DNA of 64,000 bases from Craspedostauros australis (Eukaryota), in assembly GCA_030167865.1 (NCBI GenBank), contig JALAGF010003803.1:1-64000 (forward strand). The letters run 5' to 3'. Each line of letters begins with the position of its first letter. Positions within the stretch are counted from its first letter, which is position 1. The notes under the pieces are model-generated. The model was given only the letters and a program-made list of their open reading frames with translations. It searched no databases and was not told where the DNA came from. The translations under genes and the position numbers were made by a program. Of this stretch, positions 36,138 through 46,742 are shown in pieces.

Positions 36138-37202
36138 ATGCCGTATCTATCAATACTCTCCGCCTGCACGCACAGCCATGCGACGTTCGGATTCGTTGTG
36201 GGGTACAACCTCACCCTCTCGATTCTGTTCGTCCTTGGCTTGTACATCTTCGTGCCAGGCCACGTGCGCAAGCTGCATCGAGACGATGTGCTGCAAATCA
36301 AATGGAGAAGCTTCGCCTCTTTGATTGTGACCGCCGCGGCCACCATCACCTACAGCGCCATCTTCTGCGAGTCTCCATCTTTGCTGCAAGATCAGCAGCA
36401 GCAGCAATCAAGTACGGAAGGACGATGGTCCACGATCGGTCTGTACGCCATCGATCTGCGCGCCATGGCCATGGTGCTATTCCATTGCAACCTGCTCTAT
36501 CTGGGATCGACGATAACAGCTATCGTCAGGGTCCTGGCGTATCGATTCCAACGCCTCAAGCATTATCCCAACCAAACGAAGCAGCGTTCGGCGTTGCAAG
36601 ACATCCTGCAGACATTCGTCACATTGCCATTGCAGCACATCCGATACAATGAGGAGGAACGATGGAAGGCCATTCGCAACTTCGTCATGGCACCCATCAC
36701 GGAAGAGATCGTATTCCGCGGATGCATGGTGCCGCCATTGCTGCAGTGTCTCAACGACATGCGCGCTGACAACAACGACGATATCGACAGCATCCGCACC
36801 GACAACCACGCCATCGTTTGTTGGATCGCGCCATTGTTCTTCGGCGTCGCACATATCCACCATGGATTGATCCAGGCACGACACGGCATCCCCATGTCCC
36901 GCGTCGTCCTCATGACGATATTCCAATTCACGTACACCACCCTGTTCGGTTGCTACACCGTCTACGCATTGCTGCGCACCAGCAACCTGCCCTGCGTCAT
37001 TGCAAGTCACGTCTACTGCAATTGGAGGGGATTGCCAGATTTCGCATTTTGGGATCCGCATACTGCAATCTACAAGTACCGAATATACCTCATGGTCATT
37101 CACATCGTTGGATTGGTTGGTTTCATTGCGGGATTTTATTTCTTGGGCTTTGACTCCGGCAACGAGGACGGCTCCACGCTGTTGGCATCTAAATTGCGAT
37201 AA
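36138..37202 (+). CDS. RCE1: CAAX prenyl protease 2 (Rce1)
   Basis: APITEEIVFR, FFGVAHIHH, FTYTTLFG, SHVYCN and multiple TM helices. Confidence 0.9.
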   Translation: MPYLSILSACTHSHATFGFVVGYNLTLSILFVLGLYIFVPGHVRKLHRDDVLQIKWRSFASLIVTAAATITYSAIFCESPSLLQDQQQQQSSTEGRWSTIGLYAIDLRAMAMVLFHCNLLYLGSTITAIVRVLAYRFQRLKHYPNQTKQRSALQDILQTFVTLPLQHIRYNEEERWKAIRNFVMAPITEEIVFRGCMVPPLLQCLNDMRADNNDDIDSIRTDNHAIVCWIAPLFFGVAHIHHGLIQARHGIPMSRVVLMTIFQFTYTTLFGCYTVYALLRTSNLPCVIASHVYCNWRGLPDFAFWDPHTAIYKYRIYLMVIHIVGLVGFIAGFYFLGFDSGNEDGSTLLASKLR

Positions 37203-37476
37203 GCTCGGCTAGTCTCTCTTTAGAGAAACACAGAGAGAGAGAGAGAAAATGAGTAGGTAGCCTACCGAACGTCCAACCAAGCATTGTGAACCGTGTTTCG
37301 CTGCCGTTAGCACCGTTATTGCGCTTGACGAAATTTGCGCCGCCCAGTCGCGTCGAGCACTTTTTTCTTCTTTCTTCCCCTTGGGCGCCCAAGGACGTTC
37401 CCGCCAACATCAGCAACAACAACGATGGTGCTGATGACGACACCAACAGCAAAGATCGCGATGGAGATCAAAGAAT

Positions 37477-37477
<1 letters not shown>

Positions 37478-37511
<34 letters not shown>

Positions 37512-37515
37512 ATCA
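37478..37515. repeat. (CATCGT)n hexanucleotide microsatellite
   Basis: Directly visible. Confidence 0.8.
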
Positions 37516-37900
37516 TTGTTCGCCGTTGGAATCAGCTATTGCTCTGAGTTGCACGTGGAGTTACATACGATAGATCGTACACTATTATTATACATGCTCA
37601 ACGCAACAAAGCTCAAATCCGATTCATAAAAATACGAGGATTGCGGTTGGGAGAAAGGCAGAGCGGCTCATGTATAGGAGCACCATCCGAGGACGAGTCC
37701 GAGTACGCGTACAATACTTCAACAAGCTTACGGGCCGTTGAGACTGCAGCAGCATCTTGTGCGCAAGTAATACCTCAAGTCGAAGACATCCCTGCATTTG
37801 CGCATCACTTCCTCTCTCTCTCTCTTACACACACAGAGACACAGACACAGACACGCACATACAAATCCATCCAAGAACACACATCTCCCGCATCGACGCC

Positions 37901-39944
37901 ATGTCGTCATCACCGTTGAGCGCGTGCAGCTCCGGTCCCATAGCAATGAATGAGGATGCGGGTGGCCTGTGTCACACCAGTAATGAGAATGGGAGCGGCG
38001 ACGACGATGATATGCTCATTGGTGGCAGCAAGGATGACATGCCCAACACGAAGCCGCGTCCATTCAGCCTGCTCAAATCGTTCATCGGAGAATGCATCTG
38101 CGAAGTCATGCCATCAACGGATGGCAAAGGGCTCAGTGCCACATCGCAGTTCGTTGAGTTGCATGGATTACAGTATATCAGTCTGGGTGCCGTCACGGAT
38201 GAATTGACGCCGAAGCAACGCATCAAGGATACGTTGGAACATCTGGGCACGCAGGTGGAACGACTCGTATCGATCGGTTACTTGGTGGATGATGACGATG
38301 ATACTTCTGCCAGTGGTACCGCTGGTGGTGGCCGTGCAAAGAAAAGGGCGGAATCGATTCCGCTGGAAGTTTGGTCGAGAGCCTATCCCAACGATCGGAA
38401 TATGTCGAAATCGGTCTTGCGGAAGGTGGAGAAATTGAAGGTATGCAACGAATAGTGTCGCAGCAACAAAATGAGGTGCTGGTGGCAACACAAATGGCAA
38501 TAACGATTGTCATTGCAAAGTATGCGGGCGCTGATTTGAGTGACAACGTTGCAGTCATCATGAGGAATCGTGTGGAAGGGGCGGGAGCAACAAGTGCGGT
38601 GCGCATATCGACTGCTCAATGTTCATTAAGTTCTGCCATCTTCATCCGGTCCGATCTTTCGCGGTATGCTGCGATGGCATCCACATCTCACCCACATCTT
38701 CTCCCGCATTCGCCGTACTTTATTCAACACTTGGTTTGCGGTCATTTCCATTCCCTCACATCTACGTACCGCATGTTCCACCCAACTCTCACATCCCAGG
38801 CAAAACAATTCGGATCCGTCCTCAATGATTTTCGCAAGGATCTGGAAGCCCAGCAGAGTCGCCCACTACGAGATAGCAATTTCTTTCGCATTGGCATTTC
38901 AGCACACAACGTGGGCGTTGTGGCCATGCTGGCGCAGCGGGATGAGCTTGTGGTTCCATTCTTTCAGGATGCCGTGCGATTCAAGAAGGAGGCATACGGA
39001 GCGGACCATCCGGAAGTTGCGGTATGTTCTGCCCAGTCCTGCTCTCGTCTGCTCTGTTACGGGTTTGCTTTGTTTCCTGTCATCGTTTTCTGTGCATGTG
39101 TGTCTCTGTGCGTATGCGTGAATTCGATTGCTGTGCAGGGTATGGCAGGAAAGCATCGCAATCTCCAGTGCTGAAACTTCATGCACAGGACATGTTCTCA
39201 CCACACAAAAACAACGACCATACCATCCTCCATCCGCTTTTCTTCCTTTTGCGGGTGTCTGCACCTCATAGATCTCATTGGATGAGCTCGGCATTCAACT
39301 CTTCGCGCGCGAGAAATTCGAGCAAGCCTTGGCCCATTTCACCGACGCCCGAACTATCCGATTGAGCGCATTTGGACAATTCCATCCGAAGGTGGTCATG
39401 AGCCTCAACAACATTGGGTGCTGCAACTACCAGATGGGAAATCGCGAAGCCGCCGTCATGAGTTTGCAAGAAGCCAACGACGCCGTGCAAACCAACTTGG
39501 ATTCTTCTGGTGGTGCGGCCAAAGCCAGCATCGAGTTGCTGCACAAGGCTATTCTTCTCAACAATCTCGGGTACCTCAAATTGAGCTTGAAGCAGTATGA
39601 GGGCGCGCGTACCTTGTTCGACGAAGCATTGTTGGTACGTGAAAGCGATGCGCACGTCTTTCGTTTGCTTTGCTTCGATTTGGATTACATTGCAGTATCT
39701 CGTCGTCGTCGTCGTCGTCGCCACCATCAAAACTGCTTTACTCCTGTTCTCTCGTCATTTGGTCATCCAAATTTCTTCAACCGTGCTCTGCGAGCACCGC
39801 TACCTTCGCATCTCACCTCTTCCATTCTCCTTCACCCTACTTTACTTTCAGATACAACAATCCGTCCTGGGTGACGCCCACACGCACAGAGCCATCCGAG
39901 ATACCAGGAGCAACCTCGAATTCACCAATGCCTTCCACTCGTAG
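37901..39944 (+). CDS. Tetratricopeptide-repeat protein (kinesin light chain-like TPRs); exons 37901-38440, 38800-39021, 39272-39634, 39852-39944
   Basis: YGADHPEVA-ISLDELG, FGQFHPKVVMSLNNIG, LLNNLG; three phase-0 GT-AG introns reconcile the overlapping ORFs. Confidence 0.85.
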
Positions 39945-42266
39945 CGACGGACAACAAACCCAAAGTTATTCTTGGAGCCAGCGAAAGAGAGAGAGAGACA
40001 GGGAGAGGGCGTGAGAGTTAAGGGACATGGTCTCACCAAATGTATGTAATTTGTACATAGCACCGCATCAATCGATGACACTAGAGTAGTCATACTTCAT
40101 CCACTGTTTCATGTGACAAAGGCAACGATGGAACTGCATCGAGTAGTACTACGGCATTACGACAACGTCTGTTGATGCGATTTGCCACGCCATGAAGGCC
40201 CCGTCGCGCCACCACCGTCACGATCACCATCATTGCTGTTGTCACTGTCACTGTCACAGACCCATCTCCATCTGTCCTCGCTGTCCGCGACAGTGACCGT
40301 TTGCTCCAATTTGTGGACGCCGCTGTTGGTTGTCAGCCGTTTGACACGATTTTGTGAGACCAAGCGCGCCATACGAATGCAATTTTGCAAAGGGGACAAT
40401 GAGAACCAACACAAACGCTAAGTGTCAGTCCGTGCGTCGACCGCAAGTTGTCGCGATTGGACAATCCAATCGTTGACCCACTCCTGAATGATCGGAAATT
40501 GAGATAGAATCACACCCAGAGACTATTGTGAATACCGACGAGTAAAGTAGTTATGACCACTGGCGCTGATGGCATAGAACGTGCCAGTTCGAGAAAATTT
40601 GGTGCAGCAAATAAGTCATCAGACGAGCACTCTCTGCCAAAAAAGAAGAGAGCATGGTGACAACACCACAACACAGAACCTCTTTCGGTTTGTCGCTGAG
40701 CCGAAGCGCTTTCAACACACACAACAGAACACAAGAGAGAGCAAACACACAAACACTGTACGACCTCCTCATCACAAAGCGCAGACGTGACCAAGGACAG
40801 CGTCCATCGAACAATTCGCCAACTAACAAGGCATCACCGAATCAATCAAGAAGTCATCCAACTGCATCATCGAACCATGGCGGTGAGTCCGCAACAAACA
40901 CATGCTGATGCAACGCTGCGTGCGCATGTGAATGGTCGCGCTGTGCGACGCGACGCTGCGATTTACGATTGCTTCTTGGTCGAAACTGTTTGGCTCTGTA
41001 TTGGTTCGTGGTTCCACGCTATTTCTCTCTTGACAAACGTGGCGATGGAGATTCTTGTCGTGGAAGAAATTCACGGCAAATGGCACACCACGCATCGTAC
41101 TCCAGGACGGCAGCGGAGACCCACACCTCGTCTTCGCGGATGATGGTGGGTTCACAAAGATCATTGGCGACGGCAGCGACAATGATGACGATGGTGGTGC
41201 TGATAGCGGTCGTCGTTTCATCTTGCTCTCTGCCTCTTGCTTTCTGGCTCATGATCAGAACGAGAGGAGGGAAAGAATGAACGAGTCGTGATACAATTGC
41301 GGACAACGAACGATGGTGTCAAGGCACAGCTGTTCTGCAACGTGTTCTTGCGTCGTCAGTCATGTCACGAATTCGCGGAAGTTGACCTTCTCGGAATCAC
41401 AAAATGATGTGGCTTGCGGAAAATATCGCAAACAAACTCCCACACAAAATCGACGCAAGCCAAGAAACACATTCACACACACGATAGCGCCATCGCCATC
41501 GCCATCACCAATCCCTTCGGCACAAAATCGCCACCTGGAACTTGGCGCATTTGGTCATCCCGCATCGCATCGTCCACTTCCAAGCAAAGACGGCTATCAT
41601 TGTCGTCACCATCACAGTCTCCAGATCCGTACACATGCCGGTTCTGCCATTCACCATCTGCACTGCCCATCACACCATCAACAACAGCAAATCTACATAG
41701 CGCAATGCAATCGGAGCACCATGGCCATCATTCGGAAGCTGTAGAGCCGTTGGTCATGTTTTTCAAAGTGTGGAGTGGCATCATGCCATGGCAGCAAACA
41801 GCTGGTGCTGTTGAGAATGCAGGCGCAATGTGCACGATCTTGACGGCATCTTGGCCATACTCCATTGCATGAGTACATGCTCTTCTTCCATGTTGATCGC
41901 TTTTGACGGTGGTCAACAATGAAGTCTAACCTTGTCCGCATCACTTGCTGCTTTGCTTGCTTGCATCCATCACAATATTCCGATGTTCCAACATTAACGG
42001 CTCCGCTTATACTTCCGTCGCGGTCACCACCGTCATCGCATCGAACTCGCTCTTTCAACGATCGCACATTCCATTGCTTTTCCATCACTATTCCATCACA
42101 CCCCACCCCATTCAATTCAACTCTATTGCATTCTATTGTACAATACTGTCTTGCACTGGACTGTGCCATATTGTATCGTGCTGTACCGTGCTGTACAATA
42201 CATTTGCTCTACTCGGACATACTCGCACATGCACATACACGTTGGTGTTCCACTTTGCATTGAACT

Positions 42267-43817
42267 ATGAAGACGGGCGCGCTTGGTGAGCTCCCCACGC
42301 AGCCGCACCACCACCCTCATCCATCGACACCGCCCGGTTCAAATACCAACCTTCTCGACCCAGCGCAGGCTCATGATCACCCCCTTGTCGACTTGGGACA
42401 CGATGTTTCCGTGGCCGAAGCGGCCATCAGCCCCAGCTACTTGGGGATAGACACAGGACCAGGCGAGCAGCCATTCGACGCAGTTGGGCCAGCCGTCACG
42501 GACCCCACGGACAACGCGTCACCAACTTCGAACAGCCCTCCCAAACAGAAAGGCGGCAAGAAACGTGACAGGACGTCTCTACGGAAAGCACCGCAGGCCC
42601 CGAAGCGCTTCAAGAGCAGCTACATCTGTTTCTTCATCGCCAAGCAACCTGAAATCAAGAAGACGCTGGGTGAAAAAGCCAGCGTGACGGAAGTATCCAA
42701 GAAGTCCGCAGAACTCTGGAAATCTCTTTCCAAAGAAGACCGCGCGCACTGGGACCAGATCGCAGCGAAGGACAAGCAGCGGTACATGGACGAGAAAGCA
42801 GCATACACCGGCCCGTGGCAGGTGCCGTGGAAGCGCGCGAAGAAGGACCCGTCGGCGCCCAAGCGACCAATGTCCGCCTTCCTTTACTTCAGCCAAGGGA
42901 AGAGACAGGCCATCAAGGATAAAAATCCCGGCATGAAGAACACGGAGATCTCTCGCATCTTGGGCGAGATGTGGCGGAACGCACCGGAGGAGGAACGAAA
43001 GCCACACGTCGAGATGGAGAAGGCCGAGCGTGCGAAGTACAAGGTCGCCACGGCGAAGTGGAAGGAAGACTTCAAGGCAAAGGCGAAGGCGGAGAAAGCA
43101 CTGCAGGCCGAACAGGCAGCCATGTGGAGACATCAGCATCAGTACTACGCGCCTCATCAACAGCAACGCCCCCACCCTCACCACCACCACCAACAGCAGC
43201 AGCAACAACAACAACAACAAGGGCCTCACCAGTACACACAGCAGCCATACTCACCGCCTCAAGCGCCCCACTCACCCCAATTCCACCCTCCGTCACCACA
43301 CCAGCATCAGCACCAATATCAAAATCAGCACCAGCATCAGCAGTATGTGCCAGAGGGCAATCCTCACAGCATGCATGCGACGGCACACGATCCGGACGCA
43401 GACATCCACAGTCCTCACTATGATCCCAACATGGCCTACCCTCCTCCAGCGACAAGCCCAGGCACGGGACCAATCACGCAGCCGCACCAACAGCAGCAGC
43501 ACCAACAACAAGGCTATGCATCGTACCCGCCCCAGCAGCAATCAGCGCAGCCATATTACACCCCATATCCGCAGGCTCCATACTCGTATCCATACCCGGA
43601 TCCGACGAAAAGTAACCGTCCGGTGATCCTGGGGCCCAGTGGCCTGCCGCATTACACACACCAGATGCCACCTCCTCCATCGACGTATTCGAACTATCCA
43701 ACGCAGCAAGAACAGAACACGTTCGATGATTCGAATGAGATGCCGATACCGCTGCAGCAGGACTCGCCAAACCCCAACGACATCCCGCAGATACATTACA
43801 CCGACTACGTCGACTGA
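42267..43817 (+). CDS. Two-HMG-box protein with Q/H/P/Y-rich C-terminus
   Basis: APKRFKSSYICF...W...DKQRY and DPSAPKRPMSAFLYF...LGEMW. Confidence 0.92.
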   Translation: MKTGALGELPTQPHHHPHPSTPPGSNTNLLDPAQAHDHPLVDLGHDVSVAEAAISPSYLGIDTGPGEQPFDAVGPAVTDPTDNASPTSNSPPKQKGGKKRDRTSLRKAPQAPKRFKSSYICFFIAKQPEIKKTLGEKASVTEVSKKSAELWKSLSKEDRAHWDQIAAKDKQRYMDEKAAYTGPWQVPWKRAKKDPSAPKRPMSAFLYFSQGKRQAIKDKNPGMKNTEISRILGEMWRNAPEEERKPHVEMEKAERAKYKVATAKWKEDFKAKAKAEKALQAEQAAMWRHQHQYYAPHQQQRPHPHHHHQQQQQQQQQQGPHQYTQQPYSPPQAPHSPQFHPPSPHQHQHQYQNQHQHQQYVPEGNPHSMHATAHDPDADIHSPHYDPNMAYPPPATSPGTGPITQPHQQQQHQQQGYASYPPQQQSAQPYYTPYPQAPYSYPYPDPTKSNRPVILGPSGLPHYTHQMPPPPSTYSNYPTQQEQNTFDDSNEMPIPLQQDSPNPNDIPQIHYTDYVD

Positions 43818-44610
43818 CCAATCGAATGATCGTATCGCTCAACAAGCGCAAAACTGTCGACGTCGCCAATCACCGACATGCGCAGCAAGTCGTCTGTTGT
43901 GGCCATGGCAGCACCATTTTTGTTCAATGCTCCATCCAACGTCCCACCCCATTTGTACACCCAGTCATCACATACCAATCTATCTTCCCTGCCACCAGTA
44001 TTCCACTAACTCTGATCTTCGATCACAAGCCATCGGGGGCCTGATTGAGATCATCCATCAAGGGCATCATCGTCGTCGTCTCCACCGAGGCGTCTCGTCA
44101 AGGCGCCATCCGGGGTTGCCGCATCAGCGCAAAGGCATTCCATTTTGTGCGCTGTGCGCCATGAACTTGGAGTACTCGCACATATCCAGCAGCTGCCAAC
44201 GATGCCGTGCTTCGACCAACGAAAGCGACTGACAACAGCCAGCGCAGTGCGTCAACTGTCGCTCCTCTATGTCTCCAAATGTACAAGTGATGCAGTCAGT
44301 GTTGTAAGCATCCAATGTGACCACTCTCTTATCCAAATGCATGAGCCTGTTCCTTCCACATCTAAGATCATAAATGTGCATCAACATAGCATTCCATTTA
44401 CCTGTCAGAGCCAACTTCCGGTCCATGACGCAATCTACGAGTATACAATGTTTTGGTGACTGGGTTTCTTTCTTCCATGGCGTTTGCGCTACATTTCTAC
44501 GCAAGTGATATGAAAGCGACCGAGCTAACTTTGGCGATGCGCTGAGACGGCCTTGGTTGTTGGGCCGACCACTCAATGAGCTGAACGCTCATGTTGCCAT
44601 CTCGGTCGCA

Positions 44611-46212
44611 TCACTTCTGCCTCTTGTCACAAAAGTTCTCATGCTGCAACTGCCCGCGCCGTTCCCGAAAGCTCTTGTGGCAAAAGGTGCACGAATACAC
44701 CGTACCAACCGTGCTGGGAATAAAACATCGCAAATGCCGCTGCACATCTTCGCATGCGACGTGACAGATGGGACATGCTGTCTTGGTGGGAATCGCAGCC
44801 GAGCTACCCACAAACCAGTCCGGTTTGATGTTGGAATGATTGCCCCAATGCTTTGCCTTGCAATGATCTTCCAATGCTTGCTGCGATTGAAATTCACGTT
44901 CTGGACAGTGGGGGCACAGAATCTTGGGATCGTCAGGACGATCGCGTTTGCGACTGTGACGATCCCGCACATGGCACTTGAGACTGCGTTTTTCTTTGAA
45001 TTGCTTGTCACAATGGGGGCATTGAAGGACGTGGGCGGCAGCGTCGTTGCTTTTGGAAGTTTTCGTTGTGTTGGATTGCTTGGAATTTGTATTCGCACTT
45101 GGGTATGTCTCAGTTTTGGACGACCATGGCAGGAATGGTGCTTGTTGATTGACGCCACGATCATCACCGGCTGCTGCCGCTGTTGCTACTTGATGCTGTC
45201 GATGTTGCTGCAATTTGATTGCCTGGGATTTGCGACAGAATGTGAAGGTTTCGCTGCCCGTGCTCCTCGACTCAAAGCTCTTGCCGGTCTGATGTCGACG
45301 GTGCTGGTAGTAATTGATGGCGCTGCCGCCATTCTTTGCTTTGGCATCGGTACCGCCAGCACGAATGTGGGGCGGCCGGAAGACGCACCTGTGCACCAGT
45401 TGCAGGCCCTGCTTGTGCGCTGCATCCAAGCACTTCCATCGATCGAACTGGCCATCGACGAGGGTTAGATGATAAAAGGAAGGCGTGGACTTCTTCATGA
45501 AGTGCTTGTCGGCGGCGTAGAATAAATGAGACAGGAAGGACATATGCAGTGCAGCATCTTCCGTGCCCAAATGCGGATGGTTGAAGATGACATGATCGGC
45601 TGGTGGGAGGTTGGGTGTGGGATCCATCGCTTGCCTATCATGTGCAGGATCTTCATGTGATGGTCCAGCTGACTGTGCCTGTGCCTGCGCATCAGCTCCA
45701 GCTTGAGAGTACGCCGCATTGATGTTGTGCACGACGTTGATTTGCAATCGTCTCTGCGTGGTAGCGCCAATCCCTTCACCATCGGCACTGTTCGGGGAAG
45801 TGATGTCGCTGCCCGTTGTTGCCGCGGATCGCAGGAGGCCAAGGAGATGCAGCGAATCTTTGTACTTGGCCAGGACCTCCTCCTTCGAATCAATGCCTGT
45901 CGCTGTCAGGCAAATGCTTGCAGCGTCAGCCAATCCCAAGCTGGTAGCATCGGCAAGATGCCTTGCCAGATCCGCCGAGAATGAGAAATCGCCATCTCCC
46001 AATGTCAGGATGTCCACGTGACCGTCTTGAGGTGTCGCCGTCGTCGCCGTCGTCGTCGCCGTTGTGTTTATTGTGGTGGTCTCCATGGTATCCGCACGCA
46101 ACTCGTTCCCTCGGTCCATCGCAGAGTTCAGCTGCATGCGATTGCTCGAACCATGCTCAACGGGTCCTCCTCGCAGGTATCCGCCCCAAAGTGCGACGAC
46201 TCGTGGGGACAT
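44611..46212 (-). CDS. DUF2431/BMT5-like rRNA uridine-N3 methyltransferase domain plus C-terminal zinc fingers
   Basis: ILTLGDGDFSFS, ATGIDSKEE..KY, VIFNHPHLG; four C2H2/C2HC-type fingers; start uncertain. Confidence 0.8.
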   Translation of the reverse strand: MSPRVVALWGGYLRGGPVEHGSSNRMQLNSAMDRGNELRADTMETTTINTTATTTATTATPQDGHVDILTLGDGDFSFSADLARHLADATSLGLADAASICLTATGIDSKEEVLAKYKDSLHLLGLLRSAATTGSDITSPNSADGEGIGATTQRRLQINVVHNINAAYSQAGADAQAQAQSAGPSHEDPAHDRQAMDPTPNLPPADHVIFNHPHLGTEDAALHMSFLSHLFYAADKHFMKKSTPSFYHLTLVDGQFDRWKCLDAAHKQGLQLVHRCVFRPPHIRAGGTDAKAKNGGSAINYYQHRRHQTGKSFESRSTGSETFTFCRKSQAIKLQQHRQHQVATAAAAGDDRGVNQQAPFLPWSSKTETYPSANTNSKQSNTTKTSKSNDAAAHVLQCPHCDKQFKEKRSLKCHVRDRHSRKRDRPDDPKILCPHCPEREFQSQQALEDHCKAKHWGNHSNIKPDWFVGSSAAIPTKTACPICHVACEDVQRHLRCFIPSTVGTVYSCTFCHKSFRERRGQLQHENFCDKRQK

Positions 46213-46742
46213 CGACTGGAGTTGAACCCTCCTCTTGCTCTTGCACGTTGTGGCGCTTGTTGCATGTTGTTGTGGAATTCGTGGCGGCGCAAAAAATGAG
46301 CACGATTGACTCTCTCGACCACATGTCACTTGGAACGAAAACGGGACTGGCACAAGAAGTCGACATGGAGCAATCTTGTTTCCACGTGATTGAATGAAGC
46401 GGATCGACTCACTTGACCACAACGCCACGCAAAGTTCGTGTCATCGCGAAAACTCGTTTTTTGCCCTCTTCTTTCTTGCTTCTTCTTGTTTTGGTTCGGT
46501 TGCTTGCTTGTCACAAAAAGTGCGCGGAAAGTTACGTGGACTGCACACAAAACAGGGCTCCGACAAATGCAACAACAACGGAGCTCATTCCGCCACAGAG
46601 TTGCAATACCCAAGAGAACGGCGCCAATCAGCTGGAGGGAGCATGGAAACAAGTAAGAAAGCGTCCATTGCATGTGCATGAAGTCAAGCGCCCATTGAAG
46701 CGGATCGCAGAACAAGAGACGAAGACAGGAAGAGGAAGACAG

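Noticed and set aside
38371-38799. Apparent frameshift or overlap between ORFs 37757-38455 and 38371-39174
   Set aside because: Explained by a canonical intron at 38441-38799
41055-41291. Protein-like 78-aa ORF
   Set aside because: Non-ATG start, no family motif and no clear splice partners
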